A DNA stretch of 64,000 nt. It comes from Planctomycetota bacterium. Its GTDB lineage: Bacteria > Planctomycetota > PLA2 > JAEUHO01. Under the pieces are notes generated by a model. That model was not told the DNA's origin and searched no databases. It saw nothing but the letters and a program-made list of their open reading frames with translations. Shown piece after piece: positions 25,845-36,963 of the stretch. Each line of letters begins with the position of its first letter. The first letter of the stretch is position 1. The stretch covers positions 256,001-320,000 of the forward strand of contig CBDCWP010000021.1 of NCBI GenBank assembly GCA_965223505.1, written 5' to 3'. The position numbers and the translations under genes were made by a program.

Positions 25845-27656
25845 ATGGCACGGGCCATTGGCCTCGATATCGGCGCACGATCGATCAAGGTCGTCGAGCT
25901 GGCAGGCAGTGCCAAGGCGCCGAAGATCCAGCGCCTCGCCGTTCGAGAGATCCCGCCGCCGCTGCCGCCCGAAGAGCGGCCGGACGCCGACGAGAACCCG
26001 TACGACCCGGACACGGTCGTCGTCGAGCTGATCAACGAGATGTTCGCGTCGCTGCAGCTCCCGAAGGACGACGTCTGCGCCGCGTTCGACTCCGGCGTGA
26101 CGATGATCCGCGAGATCACGGTCCCGTTCTTCGAAGACGATCAGATCCGCAAGGTCGTCAAGTTCGAGGCCGAGAACCACCTGCACAGCCACGCCATCGA
26201 AGACGTGGTCGTGAACTGGATCAAGACCGGCGAGACGCGTGACGGCAGCCGCCTGACGATCTTCGCCTCGCCGAAGGTCGACCTCGCGCGGCGCATCTCC
26301 ATCCTGCGCCGCGCCGGCATCGAGCCGGCATCCGTCGATCTCGACTCGACGGCGCTCTTCACGGCCCTCGAGTCGGCCGGCGTCTTCGAAGAGAACCCCA
26401 ACGTCGTGGTCATCGACATCGGCGCGCACTCGACGAACTTGATTCTCGTCGTCGACGGCAAGCCGCGCGTGCTGCGATCGTTCCTGCTCGGTACGGCCGC
26501 GCTCGAGTCCGAGGTCGTCGCCGAGCTCGGCGTGTCGGCCGAAGAAGGGCGCCGACGCGTCCTCACCAGCGGTGCGCCGCAGTCGGACGACCTCTTCGTG
26601 CCGGCGTCGCAGCTTCCGACCGCCGCCGGCGATGATGAAGAGGCCGAGAGCGAGAAGAGCCTCGTACAGATTCAGACGGACGTCGTCGGTGAACGCCGGC
26701 TGGCGTTCATGCGCAAGCTGCAACGCGAGGCGAACCGTTCGATTGCCCCGGTGCAGACGGACACGCCGCCGGAGAAGATCATCCTGCTCGGCGGCGGGGC
26801 GCTGGTTCCCGAGTGCGCCGAGTTCCTCGGCGACCGTCTCGAGCTTCCCGTCGAGCGCATGAACCTGCTCGACCGTGTCCCGTGCAAGGACGCGGGCCCG
26901 GATCCGCAGTACGCCGGTGCGGCGATCGGCCCGGCCATCGGCTGCGGCCTGCGCATGATGGGCCGCACGGGCCTGGGCGTGGAGCTGCTGCAGGACGAGT
27001 TCTCACCGAAGAACACGTTCGACGTGATTCGCATCGCGATGACGACGGCCGTCACGCTCCTGTTCCTGATCGTGCTCGGCGTTACCTTCGTCGAGAAGCA
27101 GAAGTTCCAGGCGGAGCAGCGCACGTACAACAACTGGCTCTTCGCCGCGAAGCAGATCTTCTACAAGGTCGAGCCCGCGTACCTACGCGAAGTGGAGAAC
27201 AAGGACGAGAAGGCGGCGCAGAAGGCGGCCGAGCGCTGGCTGCGCGCGCAACCCAAGGACCACACGCAGATCAACCGGATCCGCAACCGCCTGCGCAAGC
27301 GCCACAGCGACCTCCAGGTCGACCTCGGCTTGGCGAAGAACATCCCCAAGCTCCCGAGCGCGACGAAGGTGATGCTCGAGATCTACAAGGCGCTGTCGGC
27401 CAAGCCGCGGGAGTCGCTGGGCGGGTTCTTCCAGATCCAGAAGATGCACATTCGCGAGCGCAACATGTCGATGACGCTGATCATGGACGACCCGCGCACG
27501 TCGGACACGGTTCGCGACCTGCTCCAAGCGAACGAGTACCTGCGGTCACGCGCTTCGGACGCGTCGAACGTCGTGGAGATCGGTTCGCAGCAGAGGTTGA
27601 GGCAAGAGAATCTCTATCGCCAAGAGATCTCGATGAAGTTCAAGGACGAAGAATAA
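25845..27656 (+). CDS. pilM: PilM (GspL-like) actin-fold protein fused to a TM and PilN-like periplasmic domain
   Basis: IGLDIGARSIKVV, IDIGAHST, LLGGGA, then a TM helix and periplasmic extension. Confidence 0.8.
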   Translation: MARAIGLDIGARSIKVVELAGSAKAPKIQRLAVREIPPPLPPEERPDADENPYDPDTVVVELINEMFASLQLPKDDVCAAFDSGVTMIREITVPFFEDDQIRKVVKFEAENHLHSHAIEDVVVNWIKTGETRDGSRLTIFASPKVDLARRISILRRAGIEPASVDLDSTALFTALESAGVFEENPNVVVIDIGAHSTNLILVVDGKPRVLRSFLLGTAALESEVVAELGVSAEEGRRRVLTSGAPQSDDLFVPASQLPTAAGDDEEAESEKSLVQIQTDVVGERRLAFMRKLQREANRSIAPVQTDTPPEKIILLGGGALVPECAEFLGDRLELPVERMNLLDRVPCKDAGPDPQYAGAAIGPAIGCGLRMMGRTGLGVELLQDEFSPKNTFDVIRIAMTTAVTLLFLIVLGVTFVEKQKFQAEQRTYNNWLFAAKQIFYKVEPAYLREVENKDEKAAQKAAERWLRAQPKDHTQINRIRNRLRKRHSDLQVDLGLAKNIPKLPSATKVMLEIYKALSAKPRESLGGFFQIQKMHIRERNMSMTLIMDDPRTSDTVRDLLQANEYLRSRASDASNVVEIGSQQRLRQENLYRQEISMKFKDEE

Positions 27657-28237
27657 TGGCCAAGGGTCCCAAACAAGAGGGCGACTGGCTCAAGTACTAC
27701 TGCATCGTCTTCGGTCTGTTGATCGTCGTGGTGGGCGTTCTGTACTTCAAGATCAAGGGCGAGCGCGCGGAATACGAGAAGGCGAACTCGCTGGCCAAGC
27801 AGTTCCTGACCACTCCGAAGACGGATCGCGACGGACGGCCGACGGACATTCCGAACCTCGCGCTCGAGATCAAGCAGTTCGTCGACGCGTACCAAGGCGC
27901 CGTCGGCGGTGACACGAGCGGATCGATCTCGACGACGGTCGTGGATCGCGCCGCGACGAAGGCCAACATGACCGGCCTGGGCGCAGGGAGCGAGCGCCGC
28001 GATCCCAATCTTTCCAAGGGATACGAGACGATCTCGCGCGACTTCACGTACAAGCCCGCCGACCTCGAGCGCTTGATCAAGCTCATGTACAACATCGAGG
28101 TACGCAGGTATCGCGTCTACGACGTGCGCTGGCAACTCGCCGAAGAGAAGCTGCAGACGCCGGCGCCGAAGAACAAGATCATCAAGTCCGTGATCAAGGT
28201 CGGGTTCCGAAAGCCGCTCGCGAAGGAACGCAACTAG
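27656..28237 (+). CDS. PilO/GspM-like bitopic membrane protein
   Basis: ATG overlaps the pilM stop; N-terminal TM, coiled coil, LERLIKLMYNIE ferredoxin-like motif. Confidence 0.6.
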   Translation: MAKGPKQEGDWLKYYCIVFGLLIVVVGVLYFKIKGERAEYEKANSLAKQFLTTPKTDRDGRPTDIPNLALEIKQFVDAYQGAVGGDTSGSISTTVVDRAATKANMTGLGAGSERRDPNLSKGYETISRDFTYKPADLERLIKLMYNIEVRRYRVYDVRWQLAEEKLQTPAPKNKIIKSVIKVGFRKPLAKERN

Positions 28238-28247
28238 CTCGTTCCGC

Positions 28248-28315
28248 GTAGGGGCAGCCCTTGTGGCTGCCCAACAAGCGACGCCCCCGCTATGCGACCA
28301 CGAAGGTCGCCCTAT
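28248..28315. repeat. Inverted REP doublet (GTAG-type)
   Basis: GTAGGGGCAGCC-CTTGT-GGCTGCCC (+) and ATAGGGCGACC-TTCGT-GGTCGC (-) between convergent genes. Confidence 0.7.
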
Positions 28316-31300
28316 GCGGACGCCGGCGCGTGCAGCTCGGCGAGGTAGTCCTGCACGGGACGCGCCGTAACGGTCTCGGCGCGGTACGCCTCGAGGGCGC
28401 TGACCAGCGCACGCGCGCCGGACATGGTCGTAATGCACGGAATGTTGCGCACTGCCGCCACGCCGCGGATGCGACCCTCGTCGGTGCGCGCGCCGCGACC
28501 GCTCGGCGTGTTCACGATGAGCTGCACCTCGCGGTTCTTCACGATGTCCAACACGTTGGGACGCGCGCCGTCGGCGATCTTGTACACCATCTCGCAAGGG
28601 ACGCCCGACCTCGTCAGCAGCTTGTGCGTGCCCGACGTCGAGACGATCTGATACCCCAGCGCCGCGATCCGGCGCGCGATCTCGATCACGGTGCGCTTGT
28701 CGGCGTCTTTGACGGAGACGAAGACCTTGCCCTCGCGCGGCAGCTGCAGAAACGCGCCGAGCTTTGCCTTCGCGAACGCGACGCCGAGATCCGGGTCGAT
28801 GCCCATCACCTCGCCCGTGCTGCGCATCTCCGGGCCGAGGATGATGTCCGTGCCGGGGAAACGGTTGAACGGGAAGACCGGCTCCTTGACGGAGTAGTAC
28901 GGCGGGATGACCTCGTCCGGCACTTCCAGCTCGTCGAGCGTCTCCCCCGCCATCACCCGCGCCGCGTGCCGGGCGAGCGGCACGCCGGTCGCCTTCGAGA
29001 CGAAGGGCACCGTGCGGCTTGCGCGCGGGTTCACCTCGATGAGGTACAGCATGTCGTCCTTGACCGCGTACTGCACGTTCATCAGCCCGCGGACGTCGAG
29101 CGCCTTGGCGAGCTTGCGCGTCGAGGAGCGGATCTCGTCGAGCACGTGGTCGCGCAACGAGTTCGTCGGGAGGGTGCACGTCGAGTCGCCCGAGTGCACG
29201 CCGCACTCCTCGATGTGCTCCATGATCCCGCCGATCACGCACCGCGTGCCGTCGAAGATGGCGTCCACGTCGACCTCGATCGCGTCCTCGAGGAACTTGT
29301 CGACGAGAATCGGCTTCTCCGGCGAGGCCTCCGCCGCCTCTTCGATGTAGCGCCTGAGCGTCTCGTCGTCGTAGACGATCTCCATGGCGCGGCCGCCCAG
29401 CACGAAGGACGGGCGGACGAGCACGGGGTAGCCGATCCGGTGCGCGACCGTCACGGCCTCCTCGTACGACGTGGCCGTGCCGTTCTCGGTCTGCCGCAGA
29501 CCGCAATCCTCGACCAAATCCTTGAACTGCCCACGATCGTCGGCGAGATCGATCGAATCGGGCGACGTGCCGATGATCGGCGCGCCGGCCTGCTCGAGCG
29601 TGCGCGCCAGGTTCAACGGCGTCTGGCCGCCGTACTGGACGATGACACCGTTGGCCCCCGTGCGCTCGATGACGTCGAGTACGTGCTCGACCGTCAGCGG
29701 CTCGAAGAAGAGCACGTCGCTCGTGTCGTAGTCCGTCGAGACGGTCTCGGGATTCGAGTTGACCATGACCGTCTCGTAGCCGGCGTCGCGCAAGGCGAAG
29801 GCCGCCTGGACGCAGCAGTAGTCGAACTCGATGCCCTGACCGATTCGGTTCGGGCCGCCGCCCAGGATGACGATGCGCTCCCTCTTCGCTTCCCGCAGCT
29901 CGTCCTCCTCGTCGTACGAGGAGTAGTAGTAGGGCGTTGCCGCCTCGAACTCGCCCGCGCAGGTGTCGACGAGCTTGTAGACAGGCTTGATCCCGCGCCC
30001 GGCACGGTGCGCCCGCACCTCGAGCTCGGGCAGGTTGAAGATCGTGCCGATCTGATGGTCGGAGAAGCCGTCCTGCTTGGCACGGTACAGGAGCTCGTCG
30101 GGGACCGCCGCGAGCGTGTTGAACGCGCGCAGCTCGTTCTCTCGCTCGATGAGCAGCCGCATCTGCTCCAGGAACCACGGATCCACGCCCGTGTGCTCGT
30201 AGAGGCGATCGATCTCCCAGCCGGTTCGCAGCGCGTCGCGGATGCGGAAGATCCGGTTGGGGCCCGGATTCTGGATCCGCCGTCGCAACTCCTCTTTGTC
30301 CGCGAGCGTTTCGGCCTGCTCCTTCGCGTCGCAGCCGAACCCGAACCGGCCGGTCTCGAGGCTGCGCAGCGCCTTCTGCAGGCTCTCGCGGAACGTGCGG
30401 CCGATCGCCATGCCCTCGCCGACGCTCTTCATCTGCGTCGTGAGCACGGCCGGCGTTTCGGGGAACTTCTCGAAGTTGAAGCGCGGCACCTTCGTGACGA
30501 CGTAGTCGATCGTCGGCTCGAAGCAGGCGCGCGTCTTCTTCGTGATGTCGTTCGCGAGCTCGTCGAGCGTGTAGCCGACCGCGAGCTTCGCCGCGATCTT
30601 CGCGATGGCGAACCCGGTCGCCTTGCTGGCGAGCGCCGACGAACGGGACACGCGCGGGTTCATCTCGATCACGACCTGCCGGCCGGTCTCCGGATCGACG
30701 GCGAACTGGATGTTGCTGCCGCCGGTCTCGACGCCGATCTCCCGGATGACGCGAATGGCGGCGTCGCGCATCAGCTGGTACTCGCGGTCCGTCAACGTCT
30801 GCGCCGGCGCAACGGTGATCGAGTCGCCGGTGTGAACACCCATCGGATCGATGTTCTCGATGCTGCAGATGATGACGACGTTGTCGGCGAGGTCGCGCAT
30901 GACCTCGAGCTCGAACTCCTTCCAACCGACGACGCTCTCCTCGATGAGGATCTCGTTGACCGGCGAAAGGTCGAGGCCGCGCCGGCAGATGTCGTGAAAC
31001 TCGTCCACATTCCACGCGATGCCGCCGCCCGTGCCGCCCAGCGTGAACGACGGCCGGATGACGCACGGCAGGCCAATGTCCTCCTTGGCCGCCAGTGCGG
31101 CTTCGAACGACGTGACCGTAACGCTGCGCGGCAGATCGAGGCCGATCTTCAGCATGGCCGTGCGGAACTCTTCGCGGTTCTCCGCCTTGTGGATGACGTC
31201 GGGGCGCGCGCCGAGCATCGTCACGCCGTACTTCTCGAGCACGCCCTTTTCGTGGAGCTCGATGGCGACGTTCAGTCCCGTCTGCCCGCCCATGGTCGGC

Positions 31301-31560
31301 AGGAGCGCGTCGGGACGTTCTTCGGCGATGACGCGCTCGACGACCTCGGCGGTGACCGGCTCGATGTAGGTGCGGTCCGCGGTCTCGGGATCCGTCATGA
31401 TCGTGGCGGGGTTGCTGTTGACGAGGAGGACCTCGTAGCCCTCTTCGCGCAGCGCCTTGCAGGCTTGCGTTCCGGAGTAGTCGAACTCCGCCGCCTGACC
31501 GATGACGATGGGGCCCGAACCGAGAATCAGAATCCGGTGGATGTCGTCTCGACGGGGCAT
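28312..31560 (-). CDS. carB: Carbamoyl-phosphate synthase large subunit
   Basis: [28 protein letters not shown]; duplicated ATP-grasp halves; C-terminal MGS domain. Confidence 0.98.
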   Translation of the reverse strand: MPRRDDIHRILILGSGPIVIGQAAEFDYSGTQACKALREEGYEVLLVNSNPATIMTDPETADRTYIEPVTAEVVERVIAEERPDALLPTMGGQTGLNVAIELHEKGVLEKYGVTMLGARPDVIHKAENREEFRTAMLKIGLDLPRSVTVTSFEAALAAKEDIGLPCVIRPSFTLGGTGGGIAWNVDEFHDICRRGLDLSPVNEILIEESVVGWKEFELEVMRDLADNVVIICSIENIDPMGVHTGDSITVAPAQTLTDREYQLMRDAAIRVIREIGVETGGSNIQFAVDPETGRQVVIEMNPRVSRSSALASKATGFAIAKIAAKLAVGYTLDELANDITKKTRACFEPTIDYVVTKVPRFNFEKFPETPAVLTTQMKSVGEGMAIGRTFRESLQKALRSLETGRFGFGCDAKEQAETLADKEELRRRIQNPGPNRIFRIRDALRTGWEIDRLYEHTGVDPWFLEQMRLLIERENELRAFNTLAAVPDELLYRAKQDGFSDHQIGTIFNLPELEVRAHRAGRGIKPVYKLVDTCAGEFEAATPYYYSSYDEEDELREAKRERIVILGGGPNRIGQGIEFDYCCVQAAFALRDAGYETVMVNSNPETVSTDYDTSDVLFFEPLTVEHVLDVIERTGANGVIVQYGGQTPLNLARTLEQAGAPIIGTSPDSIDLADDRGQFKDLVEDCGLRQTENGTATSYEEAVTVAHRIGYPVLVRPSFVLGGRAMEIVYDDETLRRYIEEAAEASPEKPILVDKFLEDAIEVDVDAIFDGTRCVIGGIMEHIEECGVHSGDSTCTLPTNSLRDHVLDEIRSSTRKLAKALDVRGLMNVQYAVKDDMLYLIEVNPRASRTVPFVSKATGVPLARHAARVMAGETLDELEVPDEVIPPYYSVKEPVFPFNRFPGTDIILGPEMRSTGEVMGIDPDLGVAFAKAKLGAFLQLPREGKVFVSVKDADKRTVIEIARRIAALGYQIVSTSGTHKLLTRSGVPCEMVYKIADGARPNVLDIVKNREVQLIVNTPSGRGARTDEGRIRGVAAVRNIPCITTMSGARALVSALEAYRAETVTARPVQDYLAELHAPASA

Positions 31561-31690
31561 CGCGGGCAGAAGATACCGGAGCCCTCCACCGCCCCGAAGG
31601 CGTACCGCACCGGAGGGTGCCGCAATTCGCTGCCGCGCGCGACGGCGGCCGGGTGGTGGGATTCCGGGGCGGCGCCTAGGATGGCCGCGG

Positions 31691-32308
31691 ATGCCCTGGG
31701 CGCGCCATCGCTATCGCAAGAACAAGGTGTGGATCCGCGTGGACGACGCGGGCCGGCCGGTCCTCGACGACCGCGGCCTGGCCGCGCTGCGCTACAAGGT
31801 CGACGACGACCGCACCTACACGGTTCGGACCGACGAGCTCCGGGTGCTGGCGGAGCCGGAGCCGGTCGCGCCGGACCCCGATCCGCCCCCTCAGGCGCCC
31901 GACGACGACGCGATCCACATCTACACCGACGGCGCGTCTTCGGGGAACCCGGGGCCGTCGGGCATCGGCGTCGTGCTGCTTTGGCACGGCAAGCGCCGCG
32001 AAATCTCACGGTTCCTCGGCGAGGCCACCAACAACATCGCGGAGCTGACCGCCGTCCTGGAGGCCCTGCGGGCCGTCAAGCGACCCCGGCTCGCCGTTCG
32101 CGTTCACACCGACTCCACGTACGTGCTGGGGGTGCTCGTGGAGGGCCACAAGGTCAAGGCCAACGCCGAGCTCGTGGCAAGGATCCGCGAGGAGATGAAG
32201 CGTTTCGCGGATCTCCAATTCATCAAGGTACCCGCGCACGCAGGGGTCCCGGGGAACGAACGCGCCGACCGGCTCGCCGTCGACGCGATTCGCGACAAAT
32301 CGCCATGA
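31691..32308 (+). CDS. rnhA: Ribonuclease HI with a ~65-aa N-terminal extension
   Basis: [41 protein letters not shown]. Confidence 0.92.
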   Translation: MPWARHRYRKNKVWIRVDDAGRPVLDDRGLAALRYKVDDDRTYTVRTDELRVLAEPEPVAPDPDPPPQAPDDDAIHIYTDGASSGNPGPSGIGVVLLWHGKRREISRFLGEATNNIAELTAVLEALRAVKRPRLAVRVHTDSTYVLGVLVEGHKVKANAELVARIREEMKRFADLQFIKVPAHAGVPGNERADRLAVDAIRDKSP

Positions 32309-32395
32309 AGACGGTGCGGACCGGCCCCGCCGTCGCCGGTGCTTTCGCTATGATGCGCTCGTAGGTCGCCCCCCAAGGGAAACGAGGAGAGACCC

Positions 32396-33082
32396 GTGTC
32401 CGAAGAAACTGAAGCTGCTTCGACGCCCGCAACCGAGGCCGCGACGGAAGGGACCAGGCCCGACCGCGTCGTCGTGCGGCCTTACCCCAAGGTGATCTTC
32501 TTCTGGATGACCTGGATCACGTCGTTGGTCGCCGGAATCATCACGAGCGCCGGAAGCGACCCGAAGCACCTCGGCACCGTGTGGATGTGCATCTTCGCGT
32601 TCAACCTGATCGTGATCGCGTACGACTTCACCGAGATCATCTCGATCATGTTGTTGGCGCTGTTCGGTCTGCTGATCTTCGCCGGCCTGTACTTCGATTT
32701 CCTGAGCTTCATCGGCGAGTTCTTCGCGAAGCTGCAGCTCGACATGAACCCGAGCTTCTACTGGACGATGTTCGGGCTGTTCTCGATCATCTACCTCTTC
32801 GTGTTCCTCAAGACCCGATTCGACTACTGGGAGTTCCGCTACAACGAGGTCATCCACCGCCGGGGCGTGTTCGCGGACATCAAGCGCTACAGCACGGAAG
32901 ACCTACGTTGGTTCAAGGAGATCCCGGACGTCCTCGAGCGCATCCTGTGCCAGTCGGGACGCATGATCCTGACGACGCCGCGCGAGACGCATCCGATCGT
33001 GATCGAGCACGTGGTCGGCATCAACCGGATCGACGAACAGGTCGCCGACATCCTCGGCGTCAAGCGCGTCACCCTGGGGTAG
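32396..33082 (+). CDS. Membrane protein (4 TM + bacterial PH-like C-terminal domain)
   Basis: RBS GAGGAG, GTG start, four hydrophobic segments, YWEF..NEVIHRRG. Confidence 0.7.
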   Translation: MSEETEAASTPATEAATEGTRPDRVVVRPYPKVIFFWMTWITSLVAGIITSAGSDPKHLGTVWMCIFAFNLIVIAYDFTEIISIMLLALFGLLIFAGLYFDFLSFIGEFFAKLQLDMNPSFYWTMFGLFSIIYLFVFLKTRFDYWEFRYNEVIHRRGVFADIKRYSTEDLRWFKEIPDVLERILCQSGRMILTTPRETHPIVIEHVVGINRIDEQVADILGVKRVTLG

Positions 33083-33110
33083 GCCCTGGCACGGTCCGAC
33101 TCGAGCGCGT

Positions 33111-34463
33111 TCACTGCGCCTTGAGCGTGCCTTTCAGATTGCGCGTCTGCGGCGAACCACGAACGCCTTGGATCAGGCGCTTGATGCGCACGTCCACGAG
33201 GTCGCCCTTCTTCACGAACTGCAGGAACCGGAGCAGGTCGTCCGAGTTCTTGATTTTCCAGGGTCCGAGCCCGACGACGATGTCTTGCGGCCGCAGCTTG
33301 ATCGACTCGGCCGGCCCTTCCTCGCGCAGGTCGGTGATGACGACGCCCTCGACGTCGTCGACGTCCTCGCCCACGAAGCCGAGGTGGTCGGCGCTGAGAC
33401 GCGCGGTCGGCACCTGCTCCTGTCCCACCGAGAACGGCGTGGGGATGACCTTGCCGGCGCGGCGCACCTTCAAGCTCAGCGGACCGGTCAGCGGCGCGGA
33501 CATCATCGCGACGCGCACGTCGTACAGCGTCGGCGTGGAGCGACCGTTGACCGCGAGCACCACGTCCTTCTCTCGAAGTCCCGACCCGCGAGCGGGGCCC
33601 TTGTTGTAGACCACCTGGACGAGCGCCTCGCCTGACTCGCCCTCTTCGAAGTCGACGCCGATCCAGTGCCCGTTGACCAGCCGGCGTTTGAACGCGGCGG
33701 CGATGAGCGAGCGCACGCGGTCCATGGGAATCGCGAAGCCGATGCCCTCGGCGCCCGTCGCGCGGTTGTAGATCGCCGTATTGACGCCGATCCAGCGGCC
33801 GGTGACGTCGATCAGGGGGCCGCCGGAGTTGCCGGGGTTGATCGCGGCGTCCACCTGGATGAAGTCGTCGAAGTGGTGGTTGCCGAGCTCGAGCCTGCGG
33901 TCGAGGCCGCTCACGATGCCCTTCGTCACCGTGATGCCGAGCTTGAACGGGTTGCCGACCGCGAGCACGGTCTCGCCGATCATCAGGTCGTCGGAGCGCC
34001 CCATCGGCAGGTGCGGGTAGCGCCGGCCGTCGCGGTCGATGAGCTGCAGGATGGCGAGATCGTTGGGAATGTCGACAGCCAGCGGACGGGCGGGGCGCTC
34101 GTACTGCTCGCCGTCCTCGTCCGTCAAGATCACGAAGATCTTGCTGGCCCGCTGCACGACGTGAGCGTTCGTAACGACGTACCCGTCCTGGTGGAAGATC
34201 GCGCCCGAGCCCAGGCCGCCTTCGCGCTCCATTGGGTCGCCGGCATAGACGCGGCCGCGCAGGAAGTCGTACCACTCGCGCCGCACGATCTGGGTCGTCT
34301 TGATCGCCACGACGGCCCCGCGCGTCTTCTGTACGGCCTTCGTGATCGCGTTCTCGCGCAGGTGCTTCTCGCCGTCGGCGCTCGCGTCGGAGGGCGGGAC
34401 GACGAGCACCACGAAGAGCAGGGGGCAAAGGAGGAGGGTGACGAGGTGTCGCTTGGTCAGCAT
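33111..34463 (-). CDS. HtrA/DegQ-family serine protease with two PDZ domains
   Basis: GSG, TNAHVV, NDLA, AINPGNSGGPL. Confidence 0.93.
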   Translation of the reverse strand: MLTKRHLVTLLLCPLLFVVLVVPPSDASADGEKHLRENAITKAVQKTRGAVVAIKTTQIVRREWYDFLRGRVYAGDPMEREGGLGSGAIFHQDGYVVTNAHVVQRASKIFVILTDEDGEQYERPARPLAVDIPNDLAILQLIDRDGRRYPHLPMGRSDDLMIGETVLAVGNPFKLGITVTKGIVSGLDRRLELGNHHFDDFIQVDAAINPGNSGGPLIDVTGRWIGVNTAIYNRATGAEGIGFAIPMDRVRSLIAAAFKRRLVNGHWIGVDFEEGESGEALVQVVYNKGPARGSGLREKDVVLAVNGRSTPTLYDVRVAMMSAPLTGPLSLKVRRAGKVIPTPFSVGQEQVPTARLSADHLGFVGEDVDDVEGVVITDLREEGPAESIKLRPQDIVVGLGPWKIKNSDDLLRFLQFVKKGDLVDVRIKRLIQGVRGSPQTRNLKGTLKAQ

Positions 34464-34596
34464 GCGAGGAACTCCTGACACGGGCGGACATAGCAGAATA
34501 CGTGTGCCGCGGGGCTGTTGATAGCGGCGCCGGCGCCTGTCCAACCCTCGAACGGCTGATTTTCGCGGTCCTGATAGGATCCACGGCCCGTTGCAC

Positions 34597-35547
34597 ATGA
34601 CCTCCAACCCCATCAACCCCGACGACTGCGACCGACGCGAGCCCGACGTGTTCGAGGAGCTCGTGCGCGTGCGCGCCGACGGAACACGCGCGGCGCTGGC
34701 GACCGTCATCTCGACACGCGGCAGCACGCCGGGCAAGGAGACCATGCGCCTGTTGGTGACGGAGAACGGCGAGTTCATCGGCACCGTCGGCGGCGGGTGC
34801 GTCGAAGCCGAGGTCGTCGATGCGGCGCTCGACGTGATCGAATCGGACGTACCCCAGCGCGTGACCTACCGGCTCACCGAGTCGGCCACGGGAACATCGG
34901 GGTTGATGTGCGGCGGAGAGATCGAAGTGTTCATCGAGCCGGTCAGCGCGCCGCAGCTCGTGCTCTTCGGCGCCGGACACATCAGCAAGGACCTGTGCGC
35001 CATCGCGACGCGCGCCGGGTTTCGCGTCACCGTCGTTGACGACCGAACGTCGTTTGCCAATCCGGAACGTTTCCCGCTGGCGCGGGCCGTCGTCGCTGGC
35101 GAGACCTTCGACGAGTGCTTCGAGACGCTTCGGATCACGCCCTCGACTTACTGCGTCGTCGTAACGCGTGGCCACAAGATGGACCTCGAGTGCACGGACT
35201 TCGCACTGCACTCGCCGGCGCAGTACGTCGGTCTGATCGGCAGCAAGGTCAAGGTGCGATCGATCCTCGGCAAGCTGCGCGACGCGGGCCGGCTGACGGA
35301 CATCGACCTCGCGCGGCTGCACGCCCCCATCGGCATCGACCTCGGCGGCGGGACGCACGGCGAGATCGCGGTGTCGATCGTCTCCGAGCTGATCGCCCAT
35401 CGCCGACGTTCGCTCGAAGGCCTGCGAACGAAGCGTATCGAGGCCGAGGACATGCGAGCACTGGCCGAACGGGTCCGCAAACGGGCCCCGAAGCCCGGCG
35501 GCGCGCCGAGTCCGACCCCAGGCGCCTCGCCCGGGGCGCAGCGCTAG
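34597..35547 (+). CDS. xdhC: XdhC/CoxI-family molybdoenzyme maturation factor
   Basis: GSTPG, GTVGGGCVE, GLMCGG, FGAGH, TRGH..D, LHAPIG. Confidence 0.88.
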   Translation: MTSNPINPDDCDRREPDVFEELVRVRADGTRAALATVISTRGSTPGKETMRLLVTENGEFIGTVGGGCVEAEVVDAALDVIESDVPQRVTYRLTESATGTSGLMCGGEIEVFIEPVSAPQLVLFGAGHISKDLCAIATRAGFRVTVVDDRTSFANPERFPLARAVVAGETFDECFETLRITPSTYCVVVTRGHKMDLECTDFALHSPAQYVGLIGSKVKVRSILGKLRDAGRLTDIDLARLHAPIGIDLGGGTHGEIAVSIVSELIAHRRRSLEGLRTKRIEAEDMRALAERVRKRAPKPGGAPSPTPGASPGAQR

Positions 35548-35689
35548 CGAACCGCCGAGGGGGTCCGTTCGTTGGTGGCACAGGAGTGCTCTTTTCGCGC
35601 GGACGGCTCCGGGTCGGGTTGACCGTTCCTGGGGGCCTCGTTACCCTCCCAATCGGCCTGAAATCGACCCTAGAGGGGCCACACCTCCT

Positions 35690-36928
35690 ATGAACATCCG
35701 TCTTCTCGCGGCTGCCGTTGCAGTCGCTCTCATCATTCAAATCGCTCCCGGTGCCTGCGCGGACGTCATCCAAGAGATCGGCGAGCCGCCGCCGACGCCG
35801 CGAGAGGAGTTCGACGCCAAGAACGCGAAGCTCAAGGAGTTCAACTTCAAGACGGTCAAGGCCGGCGCGAAGTCCGTTTCCGCGGCGAGAGTCGAGGACG
35901 TTCACTTCTACGGAAGCCTCGGCGATGGCTACGAGATGGGGCTCGCTCACGCCAACTCTGGCGCGTTTCGTGAAGCAGCGATGGCGTTCGAAGCCGCCGC
36001 CGGCGAGCACAAGGACGAGAAACGCCAGTACATTCTCTACAAGCGCGTCCAGGCGTGGCGCGCCGCGGGAGAGGTCGAGCGGATCAAGCAGGCCGCCGAG
36101 GAGCTCCTCGCGGAGTTCCCCGATACGTACTACTTCTATCCGGCGCAGGAGCTGCGCGCGCGCATCTTCCTCCAGCAGCGCAAGGCCGGGGATGCGAAGG
36201 CCGCGTTGGAAGCCGTGACGTCGGCCGCGGGCATGAACGCTCGCGACTACTTCGAGGCGGAGCTGGCGAAGATCCGCTTCTTCGACGTTCCGAAGGCCGG
36301 CAACAAGAAGGACAAGAACGCGGAGATCGAGCGCAAGTACCGCGACCTCATCCGCCGCATCGACGCGCATCCCGCCAAGGAAGACGCCGTGATCCAGCGC
36401 ATGAAGGCGACGGTCGGCGTCAGCCAGGCGTTGGTCATGCAGCAGAAGCACGCCGAGGCGCAGAAGGAGCTCGAAAAGGTCGTCAACGACAACAGCGTGA
36501 AGGACAAGGCGCTGCTGGCGTCGGCCTACCGCGGGCTGGGTGACGCCATCTACGTGCAGGCGAAGATGGCCGACAAGGCGGCGGCGGGCGACCAGGAGAA
36601 GAAGAAGAAGGTCGTCGAGCAGCTCGAGGAGGCGATGCTGCACTACATGCGCGTCATCCTCCTCTACGCGCCTTCCGGCGAAGGACATGACGAGCTGCTG
36701 CCCTCGCTCACGTCGTGCGCGCGCGTTTGCGCCAATCTGTTCGTCATGGGTGGCGAGAAGGACGAGGCCATGGGCCGCAAGGCATACGGCTTCTTCCACA
36801 AGGCCTACAACATGATGGGCCGCGGTGAGGCGAAGCGGAAGCTCGGCGCGGAGGCGATGCAGATCAAGCAGGCGCTCGACGCGTTGCAGAACGGCGGCAC
36901 CGAAGAGAACGGCAACGGGAACAACTAG
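35690..36928 (+). CDS. Secreted TPR-like helical repeat protein
   Basis: Signal peptide; AYRGLGDA and LHYMRVILLY TPR-like motifs. Confidence 0.7.
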   Translation: MNIRLLAAAVAVALIIQIAPGACADVIQEIGEPPPTPREEFDAKNAKLKEFNFKTVKAGAKSVSAARVEDVHFYGSLGDGYEMGLAHANSGAFREAAMAFEAAAGEHKDEKRQYILYKRVQAWRAAGEVERIKQAAEELLAEFPDTYYFYPAQELRARIFLQQRKAGDAKAALEAVTSAAGMNARDYFEAELAKIRFFDVPKAGNKKDKNAEIERKYRDLIRRIDAHPAKEDAVIQRMKATVGVSQALVMQQKHAEAQKELEKVVNDNSVKDKALLASAYRGLGDAIYVQAKMADKAAAGDQEKKKKVVEQLEEAMLHYMRVILLYAPSGEGHDELLPSLTSCARVCANLFVMGGEKDEAMGRKAYGFFHKAYNMMGRGEAKRKLGAEAMQIKQALDALQNGGTEENGNGNN

Positions 36929-36963
36929 TCTCCCCAGAGGATGCTGACCGCGCAGGTCACCGC

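Noticed and set aside
27614..32364. Very long alternative-frame ORFs (1150 aa and 1367 aa) overlapping carB, and similar ones over aceE, gyrB, purB and the HtrA genes
   Set aside because: Shadow ORFs of high-GC coding DNA: Arg/Ala/Pro-rich or antisense mirror translations with no motifs
34597..35547. Link between XdhC and the selenoprotein (selenium-dependent molybdenum hydroxylase system)
   Set aside because: 12 kb apart, no YqeB/YqeC or molybdoenzyme genes nearby; ordinary orphan XdhC
35576..35590. TGGCACAGGAGTGCT as a sigma-54 promoter for the TPR gene
   Set aside because: GG-to-GC spacing is 9 nt, not the required 10
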